A stretch of 64,000 nt of DNA, counting the filler, from Jimgerdemannia flammicorona (taxonomy: Eukaryota), in the NCBI GenBank assembly GCA_003990765.1. It is 3 parts of 3 records of this genome, joined end to end, with 100 filler letters (N's around TTAATTAATTAA, not from the genome) between each part and the next. Parts side by side here need not be neighbours in the genome. Positions count along the whole stretch, not along the records: positions 43,221 to 64,000 come from RBNJ01001588.1; 2 more parts are not named here. One strand, written 5' to 3'. A program made the position numbers and the translations under genes. Numbering within the stretch: the first letter of the stretch is position 1; the number at the start of each line of letters is the position of its first letter. The notes below the pieces were generated by a model, which saw nothing but the letters and a program-made list of their open reading frames with translations, was not told the origin of the DNA and made no database searches. Of the stretch, positions 47,932 to 60,100 are shown piece after piece.

Positions 47932-50900
47932 TTACTTTGGACTGCCCTTTATTACCACCATCTATAATAATAATAATACAATATCACCCCATCCCCTCAA
48001 CCAATACTCCTCAGACCTATTCCTCTCCCCTAGATACCTCCCTGCCTGAGGACAACTCAGTCACCCACCACCCGAATCCTCCCATCACTTTTCTGGGAGA
48101 TACACTGTATCAAATCCCTGCAACTCCCCCTACCTGGCCCCCACCCCTACTACCAGCCATTCAAAATATCCAGTAACAACCATTCCCAATAGGCTACCTT
48201 ATCCCTAACTCCAACCTGCCTACTCTCCTCAAATACATGCACTCAATGCCCAGCTATCCCAACCCATATGGCCAGAGCCCAGCTGAGGGTCAGCCATTCA
48301 TCCCCAACCCCACTGACCAGCCTTCAGCAGAGCTCTCCCCATCTCCCCCCTACCCCTCTCTCCAGGGCTCACAGCCCTAACCAGTCCATGATATGTCCCC
48401 AGAACACCCCCAAAACATCACACTTGGCAAGCCAATGTTCAGGTATTTGAACTACTCCTCCCTCCTGATCAATATCGAAACATTCTTTACACTCAAAAGT
48501 GTCACTATCCACCAAGTACCCAGACCAATAGTTCAACATCACATTCCACCATAGGACTTGCCACCATATCACCCAGAACTTGGGGGGCAGCCACTGCATC
48601 ACCCACTTGCTCCAAAGCCAGAGCCCATTCCAGTTCCACTCCTCACCAATCCCAACCCTCTGCCAGGCTTTAGGCCAAAGATTGCCACCCAAGCCCCACA
48701 GATACTCCATACCCTCACCAAGCTGAAAGTCCTCCACCAAGACACCACCCAGCAGTAGTCTGTCCCACTGCTATATCCACGGTCCCCAATCTTCCTCTCC
48801 TTCACCACCCTGCCACCAAAGTCCAATTCTCTTAGCTCTATCCACCACCACCCACCAAAAGCCCTTATATCACATCCTCCTGCTCCCATCCATGGCCACC
48901 ATCACAAGCAGGTCACCAGAGTCTCCACAAGGGGAATACCCGACCTCCCACACCCTCTGCATGAGTGGCATCCATTCCCAGCCCCTCAGCTCACTCACCC
49001 TCCACAGCCACCAGGCCCTCAAGCAATGAAGCTGCTTGGTGAAGTCCACTAAACCCAGCCCACCTCTTTCCACTAGTAGTGTGAGTATATCCCAACCAAT
49101 CTGACTTTGCTGGCCTCCCCAGATCCATGATCTCACCATCTTCAATAGCCCCCTGACCACCCAAGCTGGGAAGTCCAGATGATAACCAACATACTACAGC
49201 TTTGGCAGTCAATATATATTCAGCACCATCACCCTTCCTGCCAGGGACATATACCATCCCCCCCACTGCAGGAGTACATTTCCCCACTCTAGAAGTTGCC
49301 GATCCCACCATGCCCAGAGAAGAAGTGACCCATATACTGAGAAGTAGATCCCCAAGTAATGCACCAGCTCGCCTACTGGCACCACTGTCCCAATTATGTT
49401 GCCACCAATGATTCTACCACCTAGCACCAAAGTCTCGCATTTGTGCCAATTGAGTTTAGCACCAGAACCCCTCTCATACCATTCAACAGCCTGTCAGAAT
49501 TCCCCAACATCCATTAATGAGCCCAGTCCAACCACCATGTCATCTGCAAAGGCCCCCACCTTCTAGTTTATCTCTAGAATGTCCAAACCCCTAATGCAAT
49601 ACTAGATCCTATCCAGTAAGGACTCCAGAGAGAGGGCATATAAGATGGGTGACAAAGGGTCCCCTTGTGGCACCCTATGACCAAGTAGGAATGCCATACC
49701 TCTGTGGCCATTGATAACCAATGCAGTCTGACTGTTCTCCAAAAGGCCAATCAACGACCTGCAGACCCCCAGGGGAATGCCAATCTGCTTCAACACTCCC
49801 TCTGGCCAAATTCTCCATACTCTATCATATGTCTTCTCCTGATCCAAGAAGACCAACTGGTCATCCACCCCTGCAGCCTGGGCACCTTCAATCACACTAT
49901 GTACTCATACTGTCCTATCATGGATCAACTAGCCACTGACAAACCCACATTGCTCCACACTAAGCACTTATTGAGCAATTCCTTATAGCCTCATCACCAA
50001 TATCTTCATCACCAGTTTGCAGTCCATGTCGAGTAGTATGATTGGCTGCCAGTTCTTCCAATCTTCCTGCCTCCCCTTATTCTTGTAGAGCAAGGAGACC
50101 AGCCCTAGGTGCTGGCCCCCAATCTAAGTTCCAGACCAAAGAACCTCCCCACACATATCTGCCATTTCCTCCAATACCATGCCCACCCCAGCCATCTTCT
50201 TCCAAAAATCCCAGGGGAGTCCATCCTCTCCCAGAGCTGTCCCCTTACTGGTTGTGACCAAGACCCTGCAAATTTCCTCTCCGCTCACTGGGTCCCCCAA
50301 AGTCCCCAGGCCCATTGCAGGTTCTGGATGCCAATCCCCCAGCTGCCTTTCAATGTCCAAAGCATCCTCCCCTCCTTTCTCTTCACTCCATAAATCCTCC
50401 CAACAGGTTCGCAGCAATCCTAGAATTGCCAGAGTCCCCACCACCAGCTCCCCATCCACATTCAGGACTCCCTCCCATTACTGCTTCATTTGTCATGCTT
50501 GAAGCATCTGTAATAGAAACCTAGTAGGCCTCTCCCCCTCCTCAAGCCCTTGCCACTGCAGCCATGCCACCATCTCCTGTAGCCTCACCTCCTCCTCCCT
50601 ATGTAGCACTTCTTTAAGCTCCACAACTTCCTTCTGAATCCTCACAATATGCCAGTCAGCCACCTCCCAATCTTCTAGCATGCCCACCCATCACTCCATG
50701 AGCACTGCCAAATGCTGTGATGCCCATAACACCCTCTGCTGTCATTGGGCACACCTTCCTTTCCCTGCCTCCCTCCAGTACCTCTAAGCATTTGCCTTCA
50801 GCCTCCTCCAGTAGTCCACAATCACCAGGCCCCAGTTCTGCCACCTCCCAATGTTCCCAATAACCTCCTTTTCCCAGTCCACCCACAAACCCCCATCCTT

Positions 50901-51732
50901 CAACAGAGAAGAATTTAGTCACCAATGTCCAGGCCCATCCTCATTACCCCCAAACCTCTCCCCTCCTAGCAGCCCCCAGTGATCAGACCATGGACACCAA
51001 ACCACCTCCAGCATTGTCCAGACATCTACTCTCCAGCAATCCGCCATCACAATCCAGTCAATTCTAGAGTCCAGCCCTGCTGCCCAATGCATATAAATCT
51101 GACGATCATCCCAAAACTATCTCCTGGAATCCACCAGAGAACTCAACCTCTCCAACTCTAACCAGTCATCCAATCCACCACTCCTACTCCACATTCCTCT
51201 CTCTCTATCTGTCCTGTCCATCTCTTTATTCTGCACCATGTTGAAGTCACCCTCTAAACAGTCCAACCCAACCTCTCCTAAGACACCAGCCTCCTTTAAC
51301 CTGCAAATCCAATCCACTTGCTCCCCTCTCTCAGCTGGGCAATAAATCAACCCAACTGTCAGCGGGCTCTGTCCAGACCTCTTCCACACTCCCTATACCA
51401 ACTGAGACTCCCAATGTCCAATGTCCCCAATATCTCCCATCTCTTTCTGAATGAGGATACCCACCCTCCCCATCCATACCACAACCCCCCCCCATTTCTT
51501 AGTCCAATCCTGTAAGTCTACATCTACCTCATAACAGATATCCTGCAGTAAGAAGAGATCTGCATCCAGTCCCTTTAGCTATCCAAATATGTACTTCCTC
51601 CTTGTTGCCCCCTGTAACCCATTTATGTTCAAAGAAAAAATCCTGGTAGTATTGTTCATATTGAAAAATATTTACATTTGAGATCTCATCCTAGTACTCT
51701 ATGCCCATCTTATCCCCAGCCAGATCCAAGCA
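47899..51732 (-). mobile_element. 5'-truncated L1/Tx1-like LINE copy 4 inserted in the protease of element C
   Basis: T-tract 47897-47929 = poly(A); ORF2 remnants; starts in the last codons of ORF1; TSD core ATGAGGTT at 47891-47898 and 51736-51743. Confidence 0.92.
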
Positions 51733-51863
51733 TTGATGAGGTTCTTGTTAATGAAGTTCCCAACAGCTCCACTATCTATGAGAATATCTAGCTCTTGTCC
51801 CTTGACTAGGCCTTTGAAAATGAGCATTGAATTGGCTCAGTTTTCAGCTATGCTTACAACTTT

Positions 51864-52270
51864 ATCAGTGCTGCCAAAGCCTTTCTAATCTCACTTGGTT
51901 GAAGACAGCTTGGTGACCTCTTTGATGACTGGTAGGGTGGCTCACTCCAGAATGAGCTGTGCAATTCTGTCACCTTCATTGACAGTGTATGGTTGGTTCT
52001 TGTGGTTGACTAGCAGGACTTGCATTTTACCTCAAAAGTCAGGGTCAATGACTCCAGCACCAACATCCAATGAGTGCTTGAAACTGAGGCTAGATCTTGG
52101 TACAATTCTTGCATAATGTTCCTTGGGAATTTCGACTGAAAGGCCAGTTAGAATGAGCCTTCTTTCATGTGCTAGAATAGTGACTTGTTATACTGCTTGA
52201 AGGTCCAAACCAATGGCTCCTTCTGACTGTGCTTGAGGGATCTGGGCCTTGGGGTTGACTCACATGAAAT
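51864..52270 (-). pseudogene. dUTPase domain of element C (between Gag zinc knuckle and protease)
   Basis: Hand translation: GAIGLDL...HYARIVPRSSLSFK...GAGVIDPDF*G...GDRIAQL...KGFGSTD, followed by ILIDSGAVGNF. Confidence 0.88.
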
Positions 52271-53377
52271 TGAGTACAACTTCGTATTCAACTGATTGAC
52301 CTTGAGTGTCTTTGGACAGGACCAGAATCCTCTTTGGTTCAGCAGTTTTCTTGGGACATTTAGTTGCAATGTGACCAGGCTGACAGCAAAAGAAGCAGGC
52401 TCCAGTCTTCTTAAGACACTCCTTTTCCTTGGGTGTAAACTTGTCTTTCTTATTCTTGTCAATGGTGTCTAGGTCCATGGGGGCAGGTCCAACAGTTCTA
52501 ACTTTGGGTTCCTCCCTTCTGTGGTTGTTGTTGTTGTTGAAAGGTGGTCTCTTCTGTTCAAAGCAGTGACCATAGGTGATGATATCAAACCTATCAGCAA
52601 TTTTCATTGCTGTATCTAGGTCCTTGGGTTCTTCTAGTTCAACATGAACTCAGGTTTGACCTTTCAGGCCTTGGATATACTTGTCGACCTTCTCGTCTTC
52701 AGTTACATGTGGTAATTTTAGCAGAATTGACAGGAATTGTACATTGTATAATTGCACAGACTTGAGTTGTTTGACATTTGCCAGACAGTCTCATGCAGCC
52801 TTGGTGCTGTTGACTGGTTTGAATTGGCCTTGGATGGCATCAGAGAATTCATTCCAGGTTCTGATCTGGCCAGCAAATCTGGTATTCTGGATATGGTTTC
52901 GCCACCAGATTGCAGTATTCTCTTGGAGGAGTGTGGCAGTAAATTGGATGAGTGTTGCTTCTTCCAAATTGGTCAGTTCTTCATATTGCTCTAATTGGAA
53001 AAGCCAGGCATTGGTAGACAGTCCTCCTCTTTGACCATCAAAAGTGTCAGGCTTCTGAGACTTGATAGTGACTGCTGTCGGATGTATTGATGTCAGTAGA
53101 GATGTAGAGGTATGAGTGGAGGCCTTGCTTTCCTTTCTTTCTATACATTCTTAAAGTTGAGCAATCTGAGCTAATGCAGTCTGCAAAAGACTCTTGATGG
53201 TCCCATTTGACTGAATAGGGTTTTGCTGTTCCTCTTCTTCTTGCTGATTGTATGAGGTATTGCCTGGACCATAGGTACTGTATGAAGGGTTCCACCCATT
53301 GTCCTCTATAGTATTGTGACTGATATCTTAAGAGGTGTCTTGATAAGGCTAGGTATAACTTAACCACTGCTATCAAG

Positions 53378-53781
53378 TATAACAGTTCTAGTTCCTAAAT
53401 GAGAAAGCAACTAGTTCTGGTAGTTCTAAGTAACTCGAAGAGATACTTAAGAATTCAAGTGTTCTCGAAGGATTTCTGAGAGAAAATATTCTGAGGCTTT
53501 ATTCATGAGAACAAAGGGGATATTTATACAAGATCTGAAAGAAGGATCTGGAAGGATCTGAGAAATCAAAGGAAAATACCAAGAGGAAAGTTCTCAGCAA
53601 AGATGACAAATAATGACAAATAAAGTTCTACAAGTTTCCAGGACATTCAGTGACTAGCTAAATAAGTACTAGAGGATACTTGGTACCAAGAAAGGATTTA
53701 TAAGCATTCGGAAAGTACTGGAAGATCATAGAATATTGAAGAAAGACAAAGAAAAGAAATAAACTATGCTAAAATGTTATA
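53378..53781 (-). repeat. 5' LTR of element C
   Basis: Matches 43936-44339; termini mutated to TATAAC / GTTATA. Confidence 0.92.
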
Positions 53782-53786
53782 GTAAC

Positions 53787-56700
53787 TTACATATTATTAT
53801 TAAGAACTTAGAGAAATTATATATAAAAAACTTAGAGATAGCCTTTTATTAACTAAACTAATTTGTTTTGAATTTACTACTTGAGATATTTAAATATATT
53901 ATTTAACTAATATATAGAGATTTTAATAAAATAATATACTAATTTAGATAGATTATATTTATTTAAATATTTTTCAGAACTTATAGATATAATATTATAT
54001 TAAATAGCTTTAAGACAAATATTCAGACTTAGAACAAACTATAGTTATAGTTAAGGCTAACAATATAAGAGAATTTAGGTATAGAAAGTAAAAAAGACAA
54101 CTATAAGACTTCTATCTATACTATTTATCAGATTGAAAACAGGATTTTTGAAGCTATTATTAATATAAGAGTAGGAAGAAATCTCTTCAATAGAAAAGCT
54201 ATAGACTGCTTAGGTTGGGAAATTGAAGAAGTTATAAAATTAGTATTTATTATAGCAAATGACATAAGAGCTACCACTCTGAGAAAAATTCAGAATATTT
54301 CTAATAAGTTTAAAAAAGCAACTATTCTAGTAGATAAAATCATTATAAATATCACTAATTATGATATTCTCATCAGTAATCAGTAGTTTTACAAGATTAA
54401 GACTATAATTAATATAAACTTCCAGAAGATACAAATTATCTACTGAGGACAAAAGATGTAAATTTCTATCAATTTCAATAAAGAAGTACTCTCTGAAATA
54501 GAGAAAGAAGATAGCAAGCAAGAAGAAGCCTATATGATAACTACTCAAAAGAAGACAAAGAAGGTCAGATAGATTAATGAAAAAAACTAATATAAGAAGA
54601 TTACTGAAGAATATTTCTCTCTTAGAGTATATTCTTATAGAATTTAAATATACTATATAAAGCAGTAGATGAGTGCTGTTAAGATCTATAAGATTTATTA
54701 TAAAGAGAAGAAAAGAAGACAGAAGTAGTAAGAAAAAGAAGACCAAGAGAATAAATTACCAGCCCTTCTAGCAAATAGTAATGATGAAGAAGAAATCAGA
54801 ATTAAGATTTAGATATTTTATTCTGATATAGTCTTACTAGAATATACATTAGAAAATATAACTAGAATAGATATCACTATAGTTGAGAAGGCAATTCTTG
54901 AATCTCAGACAACTATTCTACTTATAACTATACTAGAGATAATCATTATCAAGGACTATATTAGAATATTTAAGACAAGAAGTAGTCTAGCTAAGAGTTG
55001 AAATTTAATTGAAAGAGGAGTTATCAATTCTAATTATATTAGTGAAATCTTGCTCATTGCTAGAAATTTCAACTTTACAATTCTGTTTACAGTTAAGAAA
55101 GAGAACTGACTTATACAAATACTGATCTTTCTAATACTGCAATCTAAGATTTTAGAAGTTAAGAAGCTAAAGAAAATGGAAAGAGAATGAAGAGAATTTG
55201 GGTCTATAGAAAGAGGAGTTATTTTTCAGTATCAAGATCACTGAATTAGACCACAAGAAGGAGAAAATCACTAATAAGTATAGTTATACTATTGAAAATG
55301 AATTTTTATTCAAAAAGGAACTCAAGAAGCTACTATATATATTTAAGGATATTCTTGCCACTAATTTCAAGAATGTTAAAGAAAAGATACCACACTACTA
55401 TTATAATAGAGATATAGAAAACATTAAGTCAATCTATTAAAAAGTAAGACCAATCTTACCAGCATATTATAAATAGCTAAGAGATAAAATTAAGTAGATA
55501 AAAGTAACTAGTATCATTAAAGAAGCCATTAGTCCTTGATTCTTACCAATTATACTAGGCTTAAAGAAAGAAAGCAAGCTAGGAGAATTTGCTCTAAAAC
55601 TCTATACAGACTATAGAAAACTGAATGAAGTTACTAAGTAGGATCACCAACTACTATCTCTCATCAGTAATATTCTAATAATACTAGGAGATAAAGTATA
55701 ATACAATATTACCTTAGATTTATACTTAGGATTCTATAAAATCAATTTCATCAAGAAAGTCAGCAAAAAGTCAGCCTTTATTACTCTTGATGAAATCTAT
55801 ATCTACCTATAAATACCATTCAGAATATGAAATACCCGATTAAGTTTCCAGAGAATACATAATAAATAAGATTTTCTGAGAAAATATGAGAAAATGAATA
55901 ATGGTCTATATAGATAATATAGTTATTTACAATAAGATAGCTAAGGAATATCTGAATCAAATTCATTGTATCCTGCAGAAACTGAGAAATTATAGTCTAT
56001 TTATTAAGCTAAAGAAGTATAAGTTCAGTAAAATCAAGACCTCTTATCTTGAACATATTATTAATCAATAGAACTCATATAGATCCTATTAAGATATAAG
56101 GAGTTGAAGTCTATCTAAGACCTATTACAGTTACTAAAGCATAAGTCTTTATAAGACTTATTACTTATTATAGGAGGTTTATTAAAGGATTCTTCAAAAT
56201 TATAGGCCCTATTTATAAATTGTTCAAGAAAGATATCAAGTCTCAATAGACTGATAGATAATAACAAATATTTGAATATCTCAAGATCTGTTTAACTCAG
56301 GCACCTATTTTGAGAAGACCTTACTGGTCTCAAGAGTTCATTCTATAGATAGATACAAACTCAATTAGACTAGAAGTAGTTTTTGTATAAAGAAAGAATA
56401 TAGTTGAATATATAATTATATATTTTAGCTAAAAAATCTATAAAGGAGAAAGAGAATATAAATCTGATAAGCTGGAACATCTTATAGTTATTTGGATAGT
56501 AGAAAAGATCACTACTAACTTGCTAAAAGATACTTTACTATCTAAATTGATTATTCAATTCTTATCTAGTTATAGATCACAAGTTAACTAAAAGAAATAT
56601 TTATCGGATAGATTACAAAACTGCAAGCATATGATACAACTATCATATACTACTCAGGAAGAAGTAATGCCAATATATATATACTCTTATAGATACTCTA

Positions 56701-57900
56701 AAAGATTTACAATCAGCAAAACTAAAATGAATAAGAAATTTTACTATAAAATTATCATCTATCTGAGACAGTAAAAGATACCCCAATATCTAGAAGAATT
56801 GATCTAAATAATTATCAATAGAATCTGAAAAAAATTTAAAACTAATTGAGAAATGCTAAAGAAATAAAAACTACTAATTATACTAGAATATAAGAAGAAA
56901 TAAGTAATGAAATCAATATATGAACTTTACTATCTAGGAGGAATAAATATATATCTATAATAAAGTAAAATAACAATATAGTAGTCTAGAATAGAGAAAG
57001 ATATTAGATAATTTGTTAAGAACTATAATAAATACTGAAATAAGATCAGTAAAATTAGATATCAGAATTAGTAGATATAAAATCAATACTAATTATCTAT
57101 ATTGTAATAAACATAATTAGCCTACTACTCTTGACATGAACTAGTAACAGATAAATTATTATTATTATAGACCTCTTTATAAAATAGATAAAGTAGAATT
57201 CCTTAAAGAAGCCAATATATAATCAATTACTGATTTCTTTTATAGAGAAATTATCTAATAATTCAAGACCTCAAAGTAAGTAATAACAGACAGAGAAATT
57301 GAATTTATAAACCAGCTCTTTGAGATTTTATACAAGATGTATAAGATGCAGTACATTCAAACCACAGCCTATTATCTATAAGAAAATGGATACTGAAAGA
57401 ACCAATAAGATACTTAAGAATATTATTACTAAGATCTATAATAACTGTGAAAATTGGGACAACTATCTGTCAATAGTATTATCTGTTCTCTGAGATATAT
57501 AATTATAAAACATCTATTTCACTCCTTAAGAATTGTTATTCAGAGAAGAAAGTTTGGAAGAAATCCTATTATTCAATAATGAGGTAGTATAGAAATATAT
57601 ATATACTGAGATATAGAGATTATACTAAATAAAAAAGTAGGCTGAAGATTATATAATTAAGATATAGATATTATAATATAATAATTCAGAGAAGATCTAT
57701 AAGTCCTTGAAGATTATTAAGATAGGAGACAAAGTCCTAGTATATCAGAATATAGTAGAAGCCTTATAATTACAAAAACTGAAGCTTAAGTAGAAAGGAT
57801 CTTATATTATATAAAATATAAAAGAAATTATCTTTTGGTTATAAAAAATATTAGGTACAATCATCTTTACTACTATCTACTTAAACTAACTCAACTATAG
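53787..57900 (+). mobile_element. Element F: extremely decayed Gypsy pol (PR-dUTPase-RT-RH / IN), same lineage as E and G
   Basis: Colinear nucleotide similarity to E (54130-55320) and to the reverse complement of G (e.g. GACTATAGAAAACTGAATG, ACCACAGCCTATTAT, GAAAGAACCAATAAGATACTTAAGAA). AT/TpA-rich, no long ORFs. Boundaries approximate. Confidence 0.82.
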
Positions 57901-58275
57901 CTAATCAATAAGATACTGCTCTAGCTCTTAAGATTTCAAGTATTATCCAGTAAGTTATAAAAAGATAATAGTATTTTACTAAGCTATTAGCTATGGAGGA
58001 ATTCTTTAACAGTATATAAAGTATTATATAGATTTATTTATTATAAATTTCACACTTTAAAGTCTATTAATATTATTATATTGAGTTTTAAGAGTACTTT
58101 AAGTTAAAGAAATTACTAAACAAAAAAAACATAACTAAAGAAAAATAAATCATAGAGTACTAGATATTCTACATCCAGATTATTATAATCAAGCAGGTTT
58201 ATAAACCACATATTCAAGAATAATAAGTAAGCTCTGGCTTATTTCTAAAGAGTAGTCCTAGGAGATTTCTAGTAG

Positions 58276-59787
58276 TGTTACGTAGTGGTCGCTGAGTCCT
58301 TCAAATACATCAGATTCTCTTCAAGGTGTATCTCTTAGACTAACTCAAGTTGTTATAAGCAAGTTCTTATTGGAGTACCTTCCTAAGGTCTTATAGTCCT
58401 TAAACTTCTTATCTTTAACTATCTTGTTATCTCTTAGATTACTTGCAAGGAAGTGTGTATATTGCACTGAGAGGAACTGACTTTATTTCAGAGGGTATTT
58501 ATACAAAATATAATTCAATGGTTGCTAAGATATAAAGCTAAATATAAATTCCAATAACTAAAACTACTAAGTTCTAGGGCTGGCATTATTTAGTATCACA
58601 TCAAAATGTCAGTGCTGGAACAATTTTGCATCACCTCAGAATACCGGTGCTGGCATTATCTGGTATTACATGAGAATACCGGTGCTGGCATTATCCAGTG
58701 TAACAAAGAACTTAGAGCAGAAAGTTCAGGATCATGGGGGCTTCATCATCATCATCACTGAAGGAGATGAGGTCTGCGAATTCGTCATGCAGATCGTGTG
58801 TCTCGCATACTTCGTCATTTTTGCATGCTTCGATGTTGCACGGGATGACATCATCGATGACGTCATCACGTTCGGCTGTGGCGGGGAAATCAGGGACAAG
58901 GTCTGGAGCTCTCCAGTCTATGAGGTTCTCTTCCACAAAATAGGGGACAAATGTAGGGTCTTGGGGGGATCTAACCCGGATGCTTGGGCCTTGGAATACT
59001 GAGATCAATCCTTGCAGGAATTGGTCTAGGTTGTCCTGAAGGATAGGGTGCCAGAAGTCTTCTACTTCTTCGCTGTTGAGGGTGATAGTGGACTGGGCTT
59101 TTATAGCTACCCTGGCTTCTAGTGCATTGATATGGTGGGATGACAGGTCTCTGAAGTCTGAGACTCTAACATACTCCAAGTTGGGGATCGACCATGGTGC
59201 ATATCTGAAGATCTGATGGATCTTCTTAGCTGTTCTTGCCTCACATAGGTCCATGGGAGTGGTATCTTGTAGCTCTTGAGGGCTGGCCTGTGGGAACTCC
59301 CAGCAGAGGAGGTTTCCTATTTCATACTTCTGCTACATTTGGAGGCATTTGGTGGCAATGGTGATCCTTGTTTCCATTTCGCAGTGGTAGAGAATGAAGT
59401 GATAGGGGTCTGCAGTACCCAGGTTGACACTAGGAGTCCTTCTTGAGTGGGTCCTCATGGCTCTTCTGATGTCTTGGAACATCCTTTCCTCGACTGAGAT
59501 ACCTTGGTGGTTCCTTGACCTTGAGGTTTGGCAGGCAGCAGGCATTTTGTTTGTGGCAAGTCTTTGAGCTATTTTGGGATTGGTGGTTCTTATTGGTTGC
59601 TGCTACTATGGTTCCTTGATCCTTCTTTTATATTCTTCAGGATGCTTGTGCTGTGGTCACAATGACTCACAGTTGGTCATTATTGCTCATCTCATATGCC
59701 ATATGATCTTCTTGTGCTTTGATCTGGTGGCTTGCAAGGAAAGGCTGTCTCCTGTGCTGATGTCATCATTCTGGGGTCACCGTTACA
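58276..59787 (-). repeat. 3' LTR of element G (~1.5 kb) containing the U3 ORF
   Basis: PPT AGGAGGAAGA (59788-59797) directly precedes TGTAACG. Other end reads CGTAACA (6/7 inverted match). TATA/AATAAA module at 58482-58505. Confidence 0.72.
58712..59545 (-). pseudogene. LTR(U3) accessory protein copy 3 (277 codons, one internal TAG at 59333-59335 at a conserved Trp)
   Basis: Single frame MPAACQTSRSR...M*QKYEIGNLL...KKIHQIFRYAPW...PILQDN...FQGPSI...FADLISFS...LNFLL; TATAAAA at 59626-59632. Confidence 0.82.
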
Positions 59788-60100
59788 TCTTCCTCCTGAA
59801 TAAGGATCTTCCTGAGCGTCCTTATTCATTGGTCCAGTCCTGAAAAATTTGCTGATCCCATAACCTCTGGAAAGGGGTCGAAAACTAGTGTTTATGGGCT
59901 GGTGTCTTCTCTTTGTATTTTGATGTGATGGTGAAGGGTCGCTCCCTTCATATAGAGCAAGGGCCTGATTCTGATCTTGACCAATCAGTTGATGGTTCGA
60001 ACTCCTCTGACTGTGAAAGTCTCATGGATGAGTAGTTGTCAGTGCTGTATCCCTTAGAGAATAGTTCAGACAGATAGCCTGCTGGTCATAGGACATGCTG

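Larger units (their letters stand above)
43936..53781 (-). mobile_element. Element C: full-length degenerate chromovirus (gag-dUTPase-PR-RT-RH-IN-chromodomain) with a LINE inserted in PR
   Basis: 404-bp LTRs 43936-44339 and 53378-53781; 5-bp TSD GTAAC (43931-43935 / 53782-53786); PPT AAGGAGGGGAAGA at 44340-44352; PBS-like TGATAGCAGTGG (tRNA-iMet-like TGGTAGC with one G->A); knuckle CFFCCQPGHIATKC; chromodomain YEVEKILD...GYPEYDATWEP. Confidence 0.93.

Noticed and set aside
58276..58705. Shorter 430-bp LTR for element G (perfect TGTTAC...GTAACA), which would leave the ORF outside the LTR
   Set aside because: No PPT next to 58705 and no TSD, whereas 59787 directly adjoins a PPT. Disfavoured but not excluded without the 5' LTR.
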